Part shown: positions 63,719-64,000 of the stretch, piece after piece
Layout: each line of letters begins with the position of its first letter
Position numbering within the stretch: position 1 is the stretch's first letter
DNA from: an uncultured Actinomycetota bacterium
GTDB taxonomy: Bacteria > Actinomycetota > Actinomycetes > Propionibacteriales > Propionibacteriaceae
Direction: 5' to 3'
DNA length: 64,000 nucleotides
Assembly: GCA_963759635.1 (NCBI GenBank)
Contig: CAVXAP010000030.1
Span: 142,149 to 206,148 of the forward strand
Notes under the pieces: generated by a model
Database searches by the model: none
The model's input: only the letters and a program-made list of their open reading frames with translations
Told to the model about the DNA's origin: nothing
Translations under genes and position numbers: made by a program

Positions 63719-64000
63719 GACCCACTGGCCAGAGCCAAGTTTGTATGGCGTCGAGGGAGTCGCGGCCAGTGGAGGAATCCTTCGACGGCCAGAGCGGCGC
63801 CGATGATCGGCCCGAGATCCCGAGCGAGCTTGAAACAGATGAAACGAGGCTCCCAAGCCGGCCGAAACTTGGCGTTTGCGCGATACAGGGATGCGATCTG
63901 CCACCACCGGGAGGCAACCAAAAGCAGCCGGACCCAGGCCCGCAGGAACGGGCCGGCGCCGATGCGTTCGCCACGGGCCAAGGACGAGCGGAACACTGCG
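63712..64000 (-). CDS. C-terminal end of an MprF-like phosphatidylglycerol lysyltransferase domain (DUF2156) protein; 5' part outside window
   Basis: SLYRANAKFRPAWEPRFICFKLARDLGPIIGAALAVEGFL matches the conserved C-terminus of aminoacyl-PG synthase domains. The frame is open to the window edge. Confidence 0.6.
   Translation of the reverse strand, partial: AVFRSSLARGERIGAGPFLRAWVRLLLVASRWWQIASLYRANAKFRPAWEPRFICFKLARDLGPIIGAALAVEGFLHWPRLPRRHTNLALASGSC

Noticed and set aside
1-64000. Search for CRISPR arrays, integrases, transposases, phage or defence-system genes
   Set aside because: None was recognised in any frame. The repeats present are only the 125-bp pair, three short tandem duplications and paralogous genes.

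Overview
This is a high-GC, actinobacterial-type 64-kb segment, densely coding on both strands. I recognise no rRNA, tRNA, CRISPR array, transposase or integrase. I call about 50 protein-coding genes and about 10 gene remnants. Three themes stand out. (1) A copper-homeostasis mosaic at about 6.6-18.1 kb: a Tat-signal multicopper oxidase with a SHOCT protein, a DUF305 lipoprotein, a CsoR-type operator, a His-rich CopB-like P1B ATPase, and a second multicopper oxidase carrying an embedded CxxC zinc-ribbon metal-binding insert. A cupredoxin lipoprotein, a VIT1 exporter and a KcsA-like channel lie at 47.5-50 kb. (2) A dormancy/stress-type gene set spread over the whole window: CtpF-like ATPase, PEP synthase, Acg-type nitroreductase, Hsp20, DUF1876, two triple-USP proteins, two WS/DGAT, PfkB kinase and a PPOX-type protein. 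Many of these are preceded by a recurring 14-bp palindromic box, GGGWC-N4-GWCCC, that resembles the mycobacterial DosR/DevR box. No cognate regulator or kinase is visible in the window. (3) Lipid and envelope enzymes: three beta-lactamase-fold hydrolases, acyltransferase-3, alpha/beta hydrolases, PAP2, a phosphoesterase, an MprF-like C-terminus and an orphan OmpR-type regulator. The best candidate for an undescribed system is a run of four same-strand genes, each preceded by its own box (32.5-37.4 kb): a DUF6448-like protein, a DUF998 membrane protein, a PaaK-like adenylating enzyme and a class-A beta-lactamase-fold lipoprotein. The window is also rich in decayed genes and small duplications. 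These include split CPBP protease fragments 55 kb apart, a duplicated 125-bp promoter module, and remnants of PaaK-like, WS/DGAT, SDR, LuxR-HTH and sugar-kinase genes. Limits: all calls come from reading the ORF translations and DNA by eye. No database or HMM search was possible, family names are recognised from memory, and start codons are approximate.
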